Shown in pieces: positions 1 through 10,989 of a stretch of DNA of 64,000 bases. The first letter of the stretch is position 1, and the number at the start of each line of letters is the position of its first letter. Made by a program: the position numbers and the translations under genes. A model generated the notes under the pieces. That model was not told the origin of the DNA and searched no databases. It worked only from the letters and a program-made list of their open reading frames with translations. Source of the DNA: Neoechinorhynchus agilis (taxonomy: Eukaryota > Animalia > Acanthocephala); contig CM121341.1 in NCBI GenBank assembly GCA_051530055.1, forward strand, positions 12,936,784 to 13,000,783, in the 5' to 3' direction.

Positions 1-776
1 CTAACTTGAACACTTTGATGCGTAAATGGATAAATATGACTGATGTACCAAATTTAAAGAATTTTAAATTCAAGTTTTGTAATTTCGAAAATGAACACTT
101 GGACGGCTACTGTAATGATAAAGAAAAAGGTTTATTTTCGAGCTTTGGCCATCGTACGGCTTTTTTCAGGAATCTACAAACGCACGTGAAGATGTCAAGT
201 GTGTTTGTGCGTTAAAGTAGCAACATTGAAGTGTGGAAAGTTCGTTCCGACTATGTGAATTAGGTTTGTGGTCTAGGATCCGCTGGTACCATCTATCGAC
301 GAGACTACTTATATCCCGGACGGTTGAAAGGGAATGGTGTTTCCACGAAATTGGTATTGCAATTTTTACGATCATAAACGATCAATGTCGCATTGTGGCG
401 CAGATTGAAGTTAAAAAACTTATCAAATAGCCAAAAAGTGACGGGGAAGAGTTTGAAGAAAGAGACGAACGCTGATTTCTTTTTCTTATTTTCGGGTTGG
501 AAAATATCAGATCAGAAAATGTCGAGTTTAAGTTTTCGGAAAACCAAAAAATCGACGCTGAAGCACAGAAACTACTTTAAATTCAACGGGAAAATCCTTC
601 GTAGACGCTTATTCGTATAGATATTTAAGTGATCACTTTTTTCCAAAAGATTCTTGTTGATTATTATTCTATTTTTGAGTTTTTCAGCGTTGTTGTCAAA
701 ACATCTTGGGTATAAAAGGAGGCGATTCATCGTTCGCAAGCCAAACTTCTCTCTCGTTCTCCATCAAACCTTAAAA

Positions 777-1090
777 ATGATCGCTCTTCTTTGTTTGATC
801 GCTTTCATTTCAATTGGATTCAGTAATGGAAATGAAAAAGTCAAGGCCGAGAATTGACATCGTCTGAGTACGATAAAATATTCGAGAATATTAAGGAAAT
901 CATTCGAGATGAAGACAAATTTATTGACTTTCTAAAAAGGTGGGTCGGTGTCGGAGACCGGATAGTCGGAGGAAATGACAGTTTAAGACATCAAATAAGA
1001 AATGCGGATGATCGATATGCGAACAATGGAAAATTTACGAGCTCTCTTTATGATTGCGTCGAGAATCTTAAGAGCCAAATCCAAGGATGA
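777..1090 (+). CDS. Small putative secreted protein with a frame break after the signal peptide
   Basis: ATG at 777 gives MIALLCLIAFISIGFS (signal-peptide-like). The helical-looking ORF 854-1090 is in another frame. They join either via a GT-AG intron at 823-845 or via a 1-bp indel. Confidence 0.45.
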
Positions 1091-1230
1091 AAGATCTCTA
1101 TTAGTTTCGATGGTTGTATCCATCGATAGTCACAATAAATAGTTTTTCACTGATTTCGATTTTAAAGCAACTGACAAGGAAATGATTACGAACCATTAAA
1201 AGTGATTTTGCCAGGATTTCACCGCCTCGT

Positions 1231-1545
1231 CTAATTTTGCCAGCTTATCCTTATGTCTAAAAAATGTGTTGTGCGCAGCTTATACAGCAATTTTGGAACA
1301 AAGAGGGTGTTCTTGATCATTAACAAAGCCTCGTGTGAAGATAATTCATCAACTCGTTCGCACAGTACCGAAAGTTGCGGACGAAGATTGACAATCTCGG
1401 TTTCAACACGAGAACAAAAAATACAGTTTACTAGAAGACTTAACCGGTCTGGAGTGATCAATTCTATCCCGGGGACCAGGTTCTGAAAATCTTTCACGAT
1501 AGTTTGCCTGGTCGCTCCACGTTCATCACTAAAATCTCGCATTTC
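1231..1545 (-). mobile_element. CRE-clade non-LTR retrotransposon fragment (RT thumb region)
   Basis: LCERVDELSSHEALLMIKNTLFVPKLLYKLRTT matches the in-window CRE peptide CSRVQELNAHEALFLVRNCLYIPKLMFKMRAA (21227-22030). Confidence 0.8.
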
Positions 1546-1871
1546 GCAGATTTCAATTCAATGAAAATTTTTTGCCATTTCAAGAGTGCTAAACAGCAAC
1601 AAAAATTAGCGAAATAGAGCAATATTTAATTTCACGTATTGCTCAAACGACTTAATGAGATTTGCCCTTTTTCACGTCTTCGTTATTTGCCTTTGATTGA
1701 TCACCGCCATCCGGGGTTTTATTTCCCCTACATTTCACCTCCCGTTTAATTCCGTCATTTTCAAACGGTTTGTCATTGCTTGTGGCAAAACTATCAAAAG
1801 AAAGTATCACAACATGGGCTTTAACGTGTTTTTATGTGGTTTATTAAACGACATAGATCACGCACTCTTAA

Positions 1872-2959
1872 TCACGGGTATTTATTGCTACCGTGCCTTC
1901 TTCGTCGTTTTCCCCTCCATCCACTTGGATCATCAGGTGTAGGAGCGTAATAGGGACAATAATGCGGATACGACTGAAGTACACTTCCAACTTGACCGCT
2001 ATCCCATCCATAATCGTAATTCCCACCACCACCACTTGGCAAATACATGTATCCTCCTCCACCTTGTCCGGACGGCGGCGGCAGCGGTGGTGGTGCTGGC
2101 GGTGCTTGCTTTTGATAGGAACCATGTCCGATATAATCATCAGGTGGAGTTTTAAGATTTCGTCGCTTTGGAGTAGCCTTCTGAACGTCTACATCATATC
2201 CATCGATTGTATGGGTCTTCTCCAGGACAATTCGATCGACCGGATCATAATCGTCGAACGTAACAAACCCAAAACCTCTCGGCTTTCCTTCAGCATTTTT
2301 AACAACAGCGCAATCCACAATGTTTCCATACTTTGAGAAATATGACTTTAATGCTTCGTCCGTCGTTCCATCTTTAACGGAACCAACAAAAAGCTTTCTA
2401 GCTACTGATTGAGCACCTTGCCGTCCTGAGAATTCTTTGGGAGTAGCCCTCCGTACGTCTAATTCTCGACCATCGATGTAATGCGGCCGCGACTTCATCA
2501 GTTCGTTTATACTGTCACTTTTAGCGAATGCCACAAAACCGAATCCACGAGATCTGTTAAACGGAAATGACTAGCATGTGAGTGTTTAGGAAAATCTTCT
2601 TACTTTCCAGACTGATCGCGCATCACTGAACATTCAGTAATCTGTCCAAAACGCTCAAAATGAAGTCGAACAGACGAACAATCGGTGCGGTAGTTGAGTC
2701 CGCCAACAAATAACCGCCTCATAGCCACAGGTTCGTCTTCCATTGCATCATCGGAGTGTGCCAGCATAGGCGTCTCCTCCTCAATTCGATCTGATTGCTG
2801 CAATCCAGTGTTCTCAATTGGATCTTCACAGGAACTCACATTCTCATGAGCCTCGGCAACCTGCATTTCGTCACATTTAACACTGACGTCCTTCTCGTCC
2901 ACGGGATGATCTAAGATTTTAATATCATCGGATTCAATGACGTCATTCGCATCAGACAT
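1872..2959 (-). CDS. hnRNP A1/A2/D-like two-RRM RNA-binding protein, 2 exons (2959-2604, 2553-1872), about 345 aa
   Basis: RNP2 LFVGGL and LFVGSV. RNP1 KSRGFGFVAF is formed across a 50-nt GTAAGA...AACAG intron, and the second RNP1 is KPRGFGFVTF. Gly/Tyr/Pro-rich tail. Confidence 0.9.
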
Positions 2960-3515
2960 TAGCCAAGATATGTGCTCTAATTTCTGCTTCTGTTTCTAGA
3001 ACAAAACGGTCACCGCGCGGAAGAAGAGAATTGCTGTGGCGCTGGCCGTCGCAATGAAAGAAAACGTTTTTCTTATAGAAAGCAACTTAGGTCGTTGGTC
3101 AATTTGAGAAATGCATTGCATTTTCTCCCAATGTGACGCTACAGTGACCGGTGATTCACTCTACCTTCGAGTACGTTCATTTGACGTTATTTGTCAAGGC
3201 TACGAAAGAAAGCATATGTAGGTGTTTTGTCAGGTTACACGTCACATATTCGGGAGAATGGACCTTTTCCTGTGACGTCATGAGATCGCATCAGTCATGA
3301 TCAATTCAAACCTAAAAAAATAAACATTTTGGGATGTCATCAAAAGTGACACTTTTTTGTTGCATGTTAATTTTTCGAAAAAGACAAATTTTAAACCGGT
3401 TTCTATATACGGATACCAAGTGGACAAATGAACATCGCTAATATTCGATCAGGAGGCACTGTTCTTGTCCTAATAATTATGATGGTGAACTGAAGGAAAA
3501 AATTATGAATATATT

Positions 3516-3557
3516 AATCAGAATTTTCGACCAATGCGTTGGTCTTCTTCAGTGATT
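3516..3557 (-). ncRNA. Minimal type-I hammerhead ribozyme motif
   Basis: Minus strand reads AATCA CTGAAGA A GACCAA CGCA TTGGTC GAA AATT C TGATT: intact core, 6-bp stem II, 5-bp stem I, palindromic stem III. Confidence 0.8.
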
Positions 3558-3659
3558 GTTTGTTAGTAATGGACGCTGTTAAAGCGTTCCTAAATGAATA
3601 TCTACACAATCTTGTCCTAATATTCGCACGAGGGTCAGTTTGGATCAGGACTTTTTATC

Positions 3660-3790
3660 ACTCAGAAAATTGGAGCTTCTTTCCTTCCTCGATTGTCGCT
3701 ATCACGCTAGCAGCATTGTCTCGTTGTACTGCGAGCGAGATATTTTGCCACATTAATACACCTGCTCGTGCGTCGCCGGTGGTTTCTCTG
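3660..3790 (-). mobile_element. CRE-clade 3'-end fragment
   Basis: Reverse complement closely matches 60155-60285 (TGDARAGV...QNISLAVQRDNAASVIATIEEGKKLQF). Confidence 0.8.
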
Positions 3791-3972
3791 CTTGAACAAT
3801 TAAACACAAGAAGTCTTATTATTTGTAAACCAAGTCCAATTTTTCACCTCATTTTAATTTTCGTTTGTTTTCTTCTCATATTTGTTTACAGGTGCCAACT
3901 AATATTTCAACGAAAACGAATGTGAACGATTTTATAAACTAAATATGACACAGCATTCAGGTTCAAAAAATC

Positions 3973-5723
3973 TTAGAGTTTCGTCTGTCTTATTTTGTTC
4001 ATTTCCGATCTTAAACGTTCGGCGTTCCACTCATAAATATCATATAGGCCATCGCACATCAACTCGTCCGCAGCTCCCGTCACCTTTTCAAGTGCAGAAA
4101 TATCCCTCTCTGGATCGTCTTTTTTCGACATTGAGCCTTTTGCGCGACCTCCCAAACGTCTAATGCATTCACTTATGGTCTCCGTATCTCCTTTTAAAAA
4201 TGGCAATAATCCCTTACATAATGCTGCTCGGTCCGTAATATTTGCATGCTCATTATCAGCATCGTCTTTTGTTAAAGTAGGAATATCACCCCAATCAACG
4301 TTGTCTAACCAAGCGTCGGATTCTTCGTTCTAAACGCATAAATCATCGAATAAAAATTCTTTGGACACTTGAAATGTTTTATTCGCACTTGAAAATACTT
4401 AAATAAATTCGTAAAGAAGCCGTAAGACGGAGAAAGCTCCGAAATAAAACCTTTTCTTTATATTGGTCGCTTGTCGACACCCGAGACGGATCATTAAATA
4501 CCCCGAATGCAATCCTCAATTGTTCTCCCAAATGTCCATTTTCGAAGAAAAAAGACTTAATCATCCGGCTGGAAAATCGAGTAGTATTTCACACGAGATT
4601 ATGAACATGCGGTTGGACAAACAGATCTTTACTATTGTAGGTTGAAGTGTCAATAGCAGCGAATTCTATCCCTCGAGGTGATATTTCCGAAACAGTATTA
4701 TTCCGTCATTTATAACAAATCGTGAATAAATCGAGTGGACTTCGTTTTCAATGTCTAAAAAGTTATTTAAGAGAAACATGGCACGCGCTACTATGAAACA
4801 CTTCAAATCTCCATGCGCATTTGTAGATACCCAATGAAACCGTAAAAGGGTGAGAGATCAAGAATAAAGATTTTTCTCTATCATTACTTCGAAAACAAAA
4901 CTTACTCATGAGGCTGGAAAATCAGGTAGTATTTCACAAGAGGTCTGACCTACCTCTACCTTTTAGGCTTGAAGAAGTCGGACGATACGGACGAAACATT
5001 GAGATCAATAAAACAGTCTCTATTTTTATAATCATCAAAGAACGCATATTTTTAATTTTGGACCAATTGAATTATTTGCTTTCGAAGTCTGGCAAGCCGG
5101 TAACTTTTATTCTGTGTTTAAGTGTGGCCTCTTTTTCACGGCTGATAATTTTTCTTAAGGCACGCAGCGTGAAAAAAAGCCACACTTAAAACACAGATAG
5201 CCAGACTTCAAAAAATAAAAAGGTTTTAGTTAATTATTAGGAACGTCGAAGACATCGAAGCAAACGGAGACAACCAATAAGCTACTTAATTCAAGATGCT
5301 GCATTTATTCCTTACCTACTTTTCAAGCACGTTTAAGGCGCAGATCCTGTTTTAAGATGATTTTTTCATACCTTTTGTTTTCGCCATTGATAACATCCGT
5401 TTACATCGAAAAATCCATCTTCCAGCTCTTCGTCCATATTAAAAGCCGTTAATCGTGATCCCGCAATTCGCACGTCATCATTGCTTGGATCCGGTTCTTG
5501 TCCACCAATCTCTTTAAGCGACTAAATTTTGCCATAAGATCTAAAATACAAAATCGTTACCTTTGATTGTTTCCGATCGCATCTCCATTTCTGGATCATC
5601 GTCTTCATCACTGTCTAAAGTATGACGTGATTTTCCGGGTTCCTTCTTTGTTGTTTTAATATCGCCAAAACGAACATTACGACGTGGCTCAGAACCGTCC
5701 ATTAATCTTTCTGAAATCAACAT
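3973..5723 (-). CDS. CD2BP2: CD2BP2 / U5-52K (Lin1) homolog, 3 exons (about 5723-5550, 5521-5372, 4329-3973)
   Basis: HTLDSDEDD, LTAFNMDEELEDGFFDVNG, DAWLDNVDW, ETISECIRRLG and VTGAADELMCDGLYDIY are recognisable family motifs. The first intron's donor is ambiguous and no GYF domain was found. Confidence 0.85.
5085..5210. repeat. Imperfect foldback (about 45-60 bp arms)
   Basis: gaagtctggc...ctgtgtttaagtgtggcctctttttcacggctg is inverted as cagcgtgaaaaaaagccacacttaaaacacagatagccagacttc. Confidence 0.8.
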
Positions 5724-6195
5724 TTAAACGATAGACCAAAAACCGAAACTTTAGCTTTTTTAAAGGAGCTTACAAAAACTTTAACGTAAAATCCGCTTCT
5801 CACTTTTGCAGTAATAAGTTATTTACGCCAAATGCTAATGAACGAATGTTAGCACGAGTTTTTCAAACATTTAATAAAGCCGCCATCGTTTACATTACCT
5901 TATTGAGATATTGTCACTAAAATCGAACGCCTCATGAATGTTCGTATTAAATGGTACAAATCAGAACGAACATAGATCCCCAACCATTATTAGCTATCGG
6001 ATACGCTGATCTTTTCAATAGAATTCTTAGGTTATTGAAGAACATTATCGGATTTCTTCTGTATTTAAAGACATTTGAGGTTAAAATGGCTTATCATTCC
6101 TTCATGGCTTAATTGTCTTATTTAAAAAATTGATGTTGTGGAAGTGGAAAAAAATATATATCCAAGAATCACTTTTTGCCAAATTCCTTTTTAGA

Positions 6196-6242
6196 TAATT
6201 GACTGAAGAAGTTCAGCATGATTGGACGAAACATTTCAATTA
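6196..6242 (+). ncRNA. Type-I hammerhead ribozyme motif in the loop of a foldback
   Basis: TAATTGA CTGAAGA A GTTCAG CATGA TTGGAC GAA ACAT T TCAATTA: 7-bp stem I and 6-bp stem II with two G-U pairs. Confidence 0.7.
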
Positions 6243-6656
6243 AAGTGATTCTTTGATATATAATTTTTCCTAACTTCCACATACTCATGGCTTTTAATTT
6301 TAATAATCAAGGTTATTTGTCTAAAAATTGAAAGACGAATATGTTTGAAGATTGAATTATTCATATAAAATCATTTTAATTTCTACTCCAGAAAAAACCG
6401 ATAGACGAATAACAGAAATACGCAAAATGGCTCATCAGGTCTTTCCGACTTAATTGCTTTTTTCCTATTAAATTCAGGTGTTTTTTGCGAACACCAATCG
6501 GTGCCACCAAAAACGGTCGTTAAAGGACGGGTCTTAGTCAAGGTGCTTCGTATTTGAAGTTAAGACTAAAATATTGATAATCTTCAAGCTTTAGCCACGT
6601 GATTAAATATTCAACTGTAATTTTCAAAAAACACACGCTCGAATGCTTTTCAGACT

Positions 6657-7154
6657 ATGGATGCTGACCATAAGGCCGTTTATCCTGGTCGTAATCCGGG
6701 CAAACGTCCACCTTTTTGCCCAATACAACAAAACACTCGATCTTCTCACGAATATGCATCTCAAGATCAATTTTATGGAGAACGAGCGAAAGTCTACGCA
6801 CGCCAAAGACCTTGGAATCGTCGAAGTCAGCAGTCGCGTTTCCCCAACGAAGGCAGGAAAGAAGTTAACAAACGGCATTCGAGTCACCATTCAAGTGCAT
6901 CCAACAAAATTCAAAAATTTCAACCATCTTCAAACACGGCCTATAGATTTGAACAAATACATCAGATCAACATGTTAACTCGTGTGTTTTATAATACGCC
7001 AAAATGCAAGTACTTTTTGGCCGGAAAGCATTGTCCAGATCAAGTTTTATGCGAATTCGTCCATCATAGTGCTACAATTGAAATGGAGGCGGAGAAAAAA
7101 ATACAATCTGATGCCGATTCGGACGTTTCGAGAGAGGAAGGAGAAGTCTCGTAG
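6657..7154 (+). CDS. CCCH zinc-finger protein (last exon; short upstream exons from about 6427 not resolved)
   Basis: CKYFLAGKHCPDQVLCEFVH fits C-x8-C-x5-C-x3-H. A ttttcag acceptor precedes the ORF, and the N-terminal part is R/Q/S-rich. Confidence 0.6.
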   Translation: MDADHKAVYPGRNPGKRPPFCPIQQNTRSSHEYASQDQFYGERAKVYARQRPWNRRSQQSRFPNEGRKEVNKRHSSHHSSASNKIQKFQPSSNTAYRFEQIHQINMLTRVFYNTPKCKYFLAGKHCPDQVLCEFVHHSATIEMEAEKKIQSDADSDVSREEGEVS

Positions 7155-7740
7155 ATTCTGAGTGAAGCTTATTCGAAATATACATTAATGATGCAGTCGG
7201 TGGGAGAGCATAACCGTTTCTCTTTAGTCTTTATTATGTAAATAGTTATAGAAGAAAATTAAGATTTAACATAAAAGTTGAACGGATTAAAAAAGAACCT
7301 TATGCGATGATAGAAGGCTACAAAGGGAAGCCGAAAGCCGAGATGCTGAAAAATTGAAACGAAGCCAACGAAAATGAAGTGTAAGGAATCGACATGCTTA
7401 AAAGGGGGGCGCAATTTTAGAAGCGAGCATTGGAAGAAACAATGTGAATTAAGTTAAAATATCATGGGGAAATGGTGAAAACGGAGAGGAATTGAGGTTT
7501 TCAATGAGATTGCACAAGAATGGTTTAACTAAAATTTTAAAAGATATGGATCGAAGTTGACAGCGGTGTCGTGGCTCTCGGGTTTGCATGTTTTTAATGA
7601 ATACTTGTCGTAAATGGAAAATCAATTCTGCAAGACTTCCTCTAATCTTCAGCGGAACAAAAAAATCTTGATCAATAAATCATTTATACATAGACGAGGG
7701 ATTTTTGATTGTTGTTCAAAACGCCACGTTGTAAGTTTGA

Positions 7741-9833
7741 TCAAATTCTTTGAACAATTAACGCGACTGAGATTAGAACCACAGTAATTGCACAGATTAT
7801 CGGTAAGCCGAGTTGATTTCTAGCTTCCTCAGGTTCATCATTTTCCAAATCATCGTCGTCATCCTCACCAATTATCTTGAACTTTTGCTTAGTTTTGATT
7901 TCTTTAAGTTTATTTTCCTTGATTGATTGATCGAAATGAGTTAGAATATCGTCATCTTCGTTGTATTCATCATCTTCCTCTTCCGCGTATGACTCGATTG
8001 GAAGGAGAGGTGGAATATCTAGGTGATTTGAATTGAATAACGATCACGTTTTCCCGTATTAACCTTCGAATTTTGAGTTCTTCAAAAGAATAATGGCATT
8101 CACTTTTGGATTGTCATAATCTGTCTACGAGTAAGGAAATAGAGTTATATTTGAATTGTTGAGATTAGGTGGAAATAAATGCAATAAACCTATTTCGACG
8201 TATGTATTTTTAATCTAGAAAATTCGACTGCCTTACATTTCACTTAGGAAAAATTATCCCAGTCGTATTTCGTTGAGCTCGACGAATAAAAGTGCGACGA
8301 GCAAAAAGGTTAGTATAATTGTTTATAACAACAATAATTGATATTCTTTGATTGAACATAAAGCACGTCGATTGACCATTTACATATGTGCGCCAATCGT
8401 TCATATTTCTTAACGATAATTCCAATGTCTGCTTTCAATTTTATTTTAAGCTTTAAATTTAAATAGTTATACATAAATGGACGTAATAGCACATTAAAAA
8501 GTGCTTTATTGGTAGATCTAGACATGGACTTTTTAGCGAGAAGATCGTTAAAAAAATATAGCGGCTTATGTGGAAAGTATGCAAAATGATCAATCAAAAG
8601 CACTGACTTAATTTTTTCTCGGTAAAATCGAGTTAATCCCAGTGAACAAACACTCTCAGAATTCGAGACTGCAATATTTCCTTTTATACAGCGAATTATA
8701 ATAATTGATTTATTTGATAATTTTCGGTCTTCGCGTAGGCCTTCGGGCTATTGCTCACATAATTAAAAACTTTCAAACAATAGACTGAAGAAGGCCTACG
8801 CAAAGGTCGAAATTTATCAAATAAATCAAGGTGCAGCGAGCGCTGCGGAAGGACGGAAAACGGTGAAGTACGAGAATGAGGACGGCTAGGCATTTTTTGT
8901 CGGATAAAGTTTTCCTCCAAGATTTTGATAAGTTAACAAATTATCAGACTTTAAGAATAATAAATATCCATGTTTATTTTTAAAAAATTCGCAATAAAAA
9001 AATAAAAAAAGTAAATGATGAACATCTTTACAGCTGCAATATTTTCTATTTGGTGATATAGGGATTAAATGTATTTACTTTCACTATAAAGCTACAAAAT
9101 TGCGAAACAATATAAAAACGTCCGACGATATCCACCAAAAAATATTGTATGAAAGGAAATACAGACATCGTTAAAGTAGCGAATTGATTTGTATCGATAA
9201 CGAACCTTTTCGAAAGTAACAGAAATCACGCCTGGTTTCTTAAGATGGGATTTGGTCCCCTTGTACACCAAAGTGTGGCCATTATTTTCAATTTGAAACT
9301 CGACGTATTCATCATGGGCGGCAGCTTTTCCTACAAGAGAATAGATGTCCAGATCATTGATAATTCGGACATTATGATTGAGAACAACATTGAACACCTA
9401 AAATACGCCGGTTCTGGCGCGTGTGTGTTCAGCAGTGATCACAAAATCACCTTTTGTAATGAACTAGTGAACCAAACTTCACTAAACTTTAGCCACAAAA
9501 TGTAGTTCCCATCACCTCGGGAAAGAGGAAGGTCATAAGTGAACGAGCTTGAGTGGTAGCGCTCCGTTTGATAGAGTTTTTGATCACTCGGATGAGGAAC
9601 ACGGGAAATAGCCATACTTTGACCATGGACACTAACCGTTCCGACTGATAGATCGTCCGCTTTGTATACAATGCCTATTAATGATTAGTAAGTAATATTT
9701 CCACGGTCAAAGACTGACCATAGGAGTCCGTAAACTCAGATCCACCGCAGTTTATGGCGTAGACGACGCTACCCGGCTCGAACCCAACTGAAGTCGTGAA
9801 TAAAGCCAACAGAACCAAAAGGAGAAATAACAT
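7741..9833 (-). CDS. MLEC: Malectin (ER diglucose-binding type-I membrane lectin), about 5 exons
   Basis: Signal peptide MLFLLLVLLALF, then VYAINCGG, LYQTERY, LKFSEVWF, DLDIYSLVGKAAAHDE, YDNPKVNA, an acidic linker and a C-terminal TM segment. Introns of about 41, 53 and 45 nt and about 1 kb. Confidence 0.92.
8783..8818 (+). ncRNA. Hammerhead-like motif with weak stem I, in a malectin intron
   Basis: GA CTGAAGA A GGCCT ACGCAA AGGTC GAA ATTT A TC followed by AATAAA. An inverted copy lies at 8705-8745. Confidence 0.45.
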
Positions 9834-10989
9834 TGCACAAAGTTTTGATGGAATTTTTTAAGCATTTAACAAAAAGTGAAATGTTCTTTCGAAATTGTGA
9901 CGAATGTCTTTGTGGAGTCCCTCGCAATGGCAAAAAACTCACGTCGTTCCACCGTTCAAAATTTTGATTGCAGCGAAAGTTACAATTTATTAAATTTTCT
10001 ATAGTGGGCTCAACTTTTGTGATGAATGTGAGCTCGAATTTAGCTGAATGAACACTATTGAAACCTCATAAAAGTAAATCACTTACTAGCAATTCTGAAG
10101 AAGTTTCACGTAGAGGACGAAATTTTAAATTACTCTTCTTCGTCTGAACAAAACAATCTATGGATAGCTTCTTTACAAGTATTAAAAACAAATCACGAAA
10201 CGGACTGTATGCCGATGGTTTCTATAAGCTCTTAAGCTTTAAAATTTTCTTAACCCTCATTCATAGGAATATTAATCTAAATGCAATTTACAAGCACTGA
10301 ATGACACATAAAGACAGACTATAACAAAAATGAAGTTTATTGTACATTTGCTGGCCAAGTTAAATGTTCAGAGAAAAGATTAATTCGATTGACATAATTT
10401 GTCACTTTTTTCTATAATTTTAATTGCTTACTTTAGTATTGCAGTTTTTACGGATTTCGCAATTTATCGTTTTTCGAAGTAAACAAAAGAGCCTACAATG
10501 CAAAACTAACGAAACGCAACTGTCACCATGAAAAATTAATGCAGGAGACGTTCGATAAAGCCCAGGAAGTTACAGTTATAACTTTATTCTTGTATAATTG
10601 AATTTCAGTCTTCGGTCACTAAAATATCCGTCAATATTTTCCTTGTAGCCGAACTCAAAAAATTTCACAAATTCTACATCGTCGTGCATTTTCGTTTGCT
10701 TCTAATTCTCCATACGGAAACGACGATTTATTCTAAGTTTAGAGAAGAAAATGTTTCTGGCACTTCTTTTAAAACGTTCGGGAAAAGCCCATTTTTTAGC
10801 AAAATCTCTTTAATATGTTCGCGATCATTTCCATATTAAAGTTGCCTTAAAATCGAAATGAATGCCAAAAACTATTTATTGTGACTATCGATGGATGCAA
10901 CCATCGAAACTAATTAAGATCTGTCGTTCCCAGATTTTGCTCCTCAATCAATTTGGTGCTCTTATCAACAATATCCCTAAATTTTGCCT

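Noticed and set aside
3130-3350. Cluster of TGACG/GTGAC words upstream of the hnRNP gene as CRE/ATF sites
   Set aside because: Plausible promoter elements, but short motifs alone cannot support a regulatory call.
4380-4800. Degenerate homology with 19800-20330 (shared ggtcgcttgtcgacacccg and GGCTGGAAAAT)
   Set aside because: Probably a real old repeat, but too decayed to assign boundaries or a product.
4965-5005. Hammerhead-like TTGAAGAAGTCGG...GGACGAAACATT
   Set aside because: Core C3 is replaced, stem II is mismatched and there is no stem I; at most a relic.
5522-5560. Ultra-short (20-28 nt) introns as a genome-wide trait
   Set aside because: A 28-nt intron works in frame, but a 39-nt GTAACG...TTTAG intron with one indel error fits too, and all unambiguous introns are at least about 41 nt.
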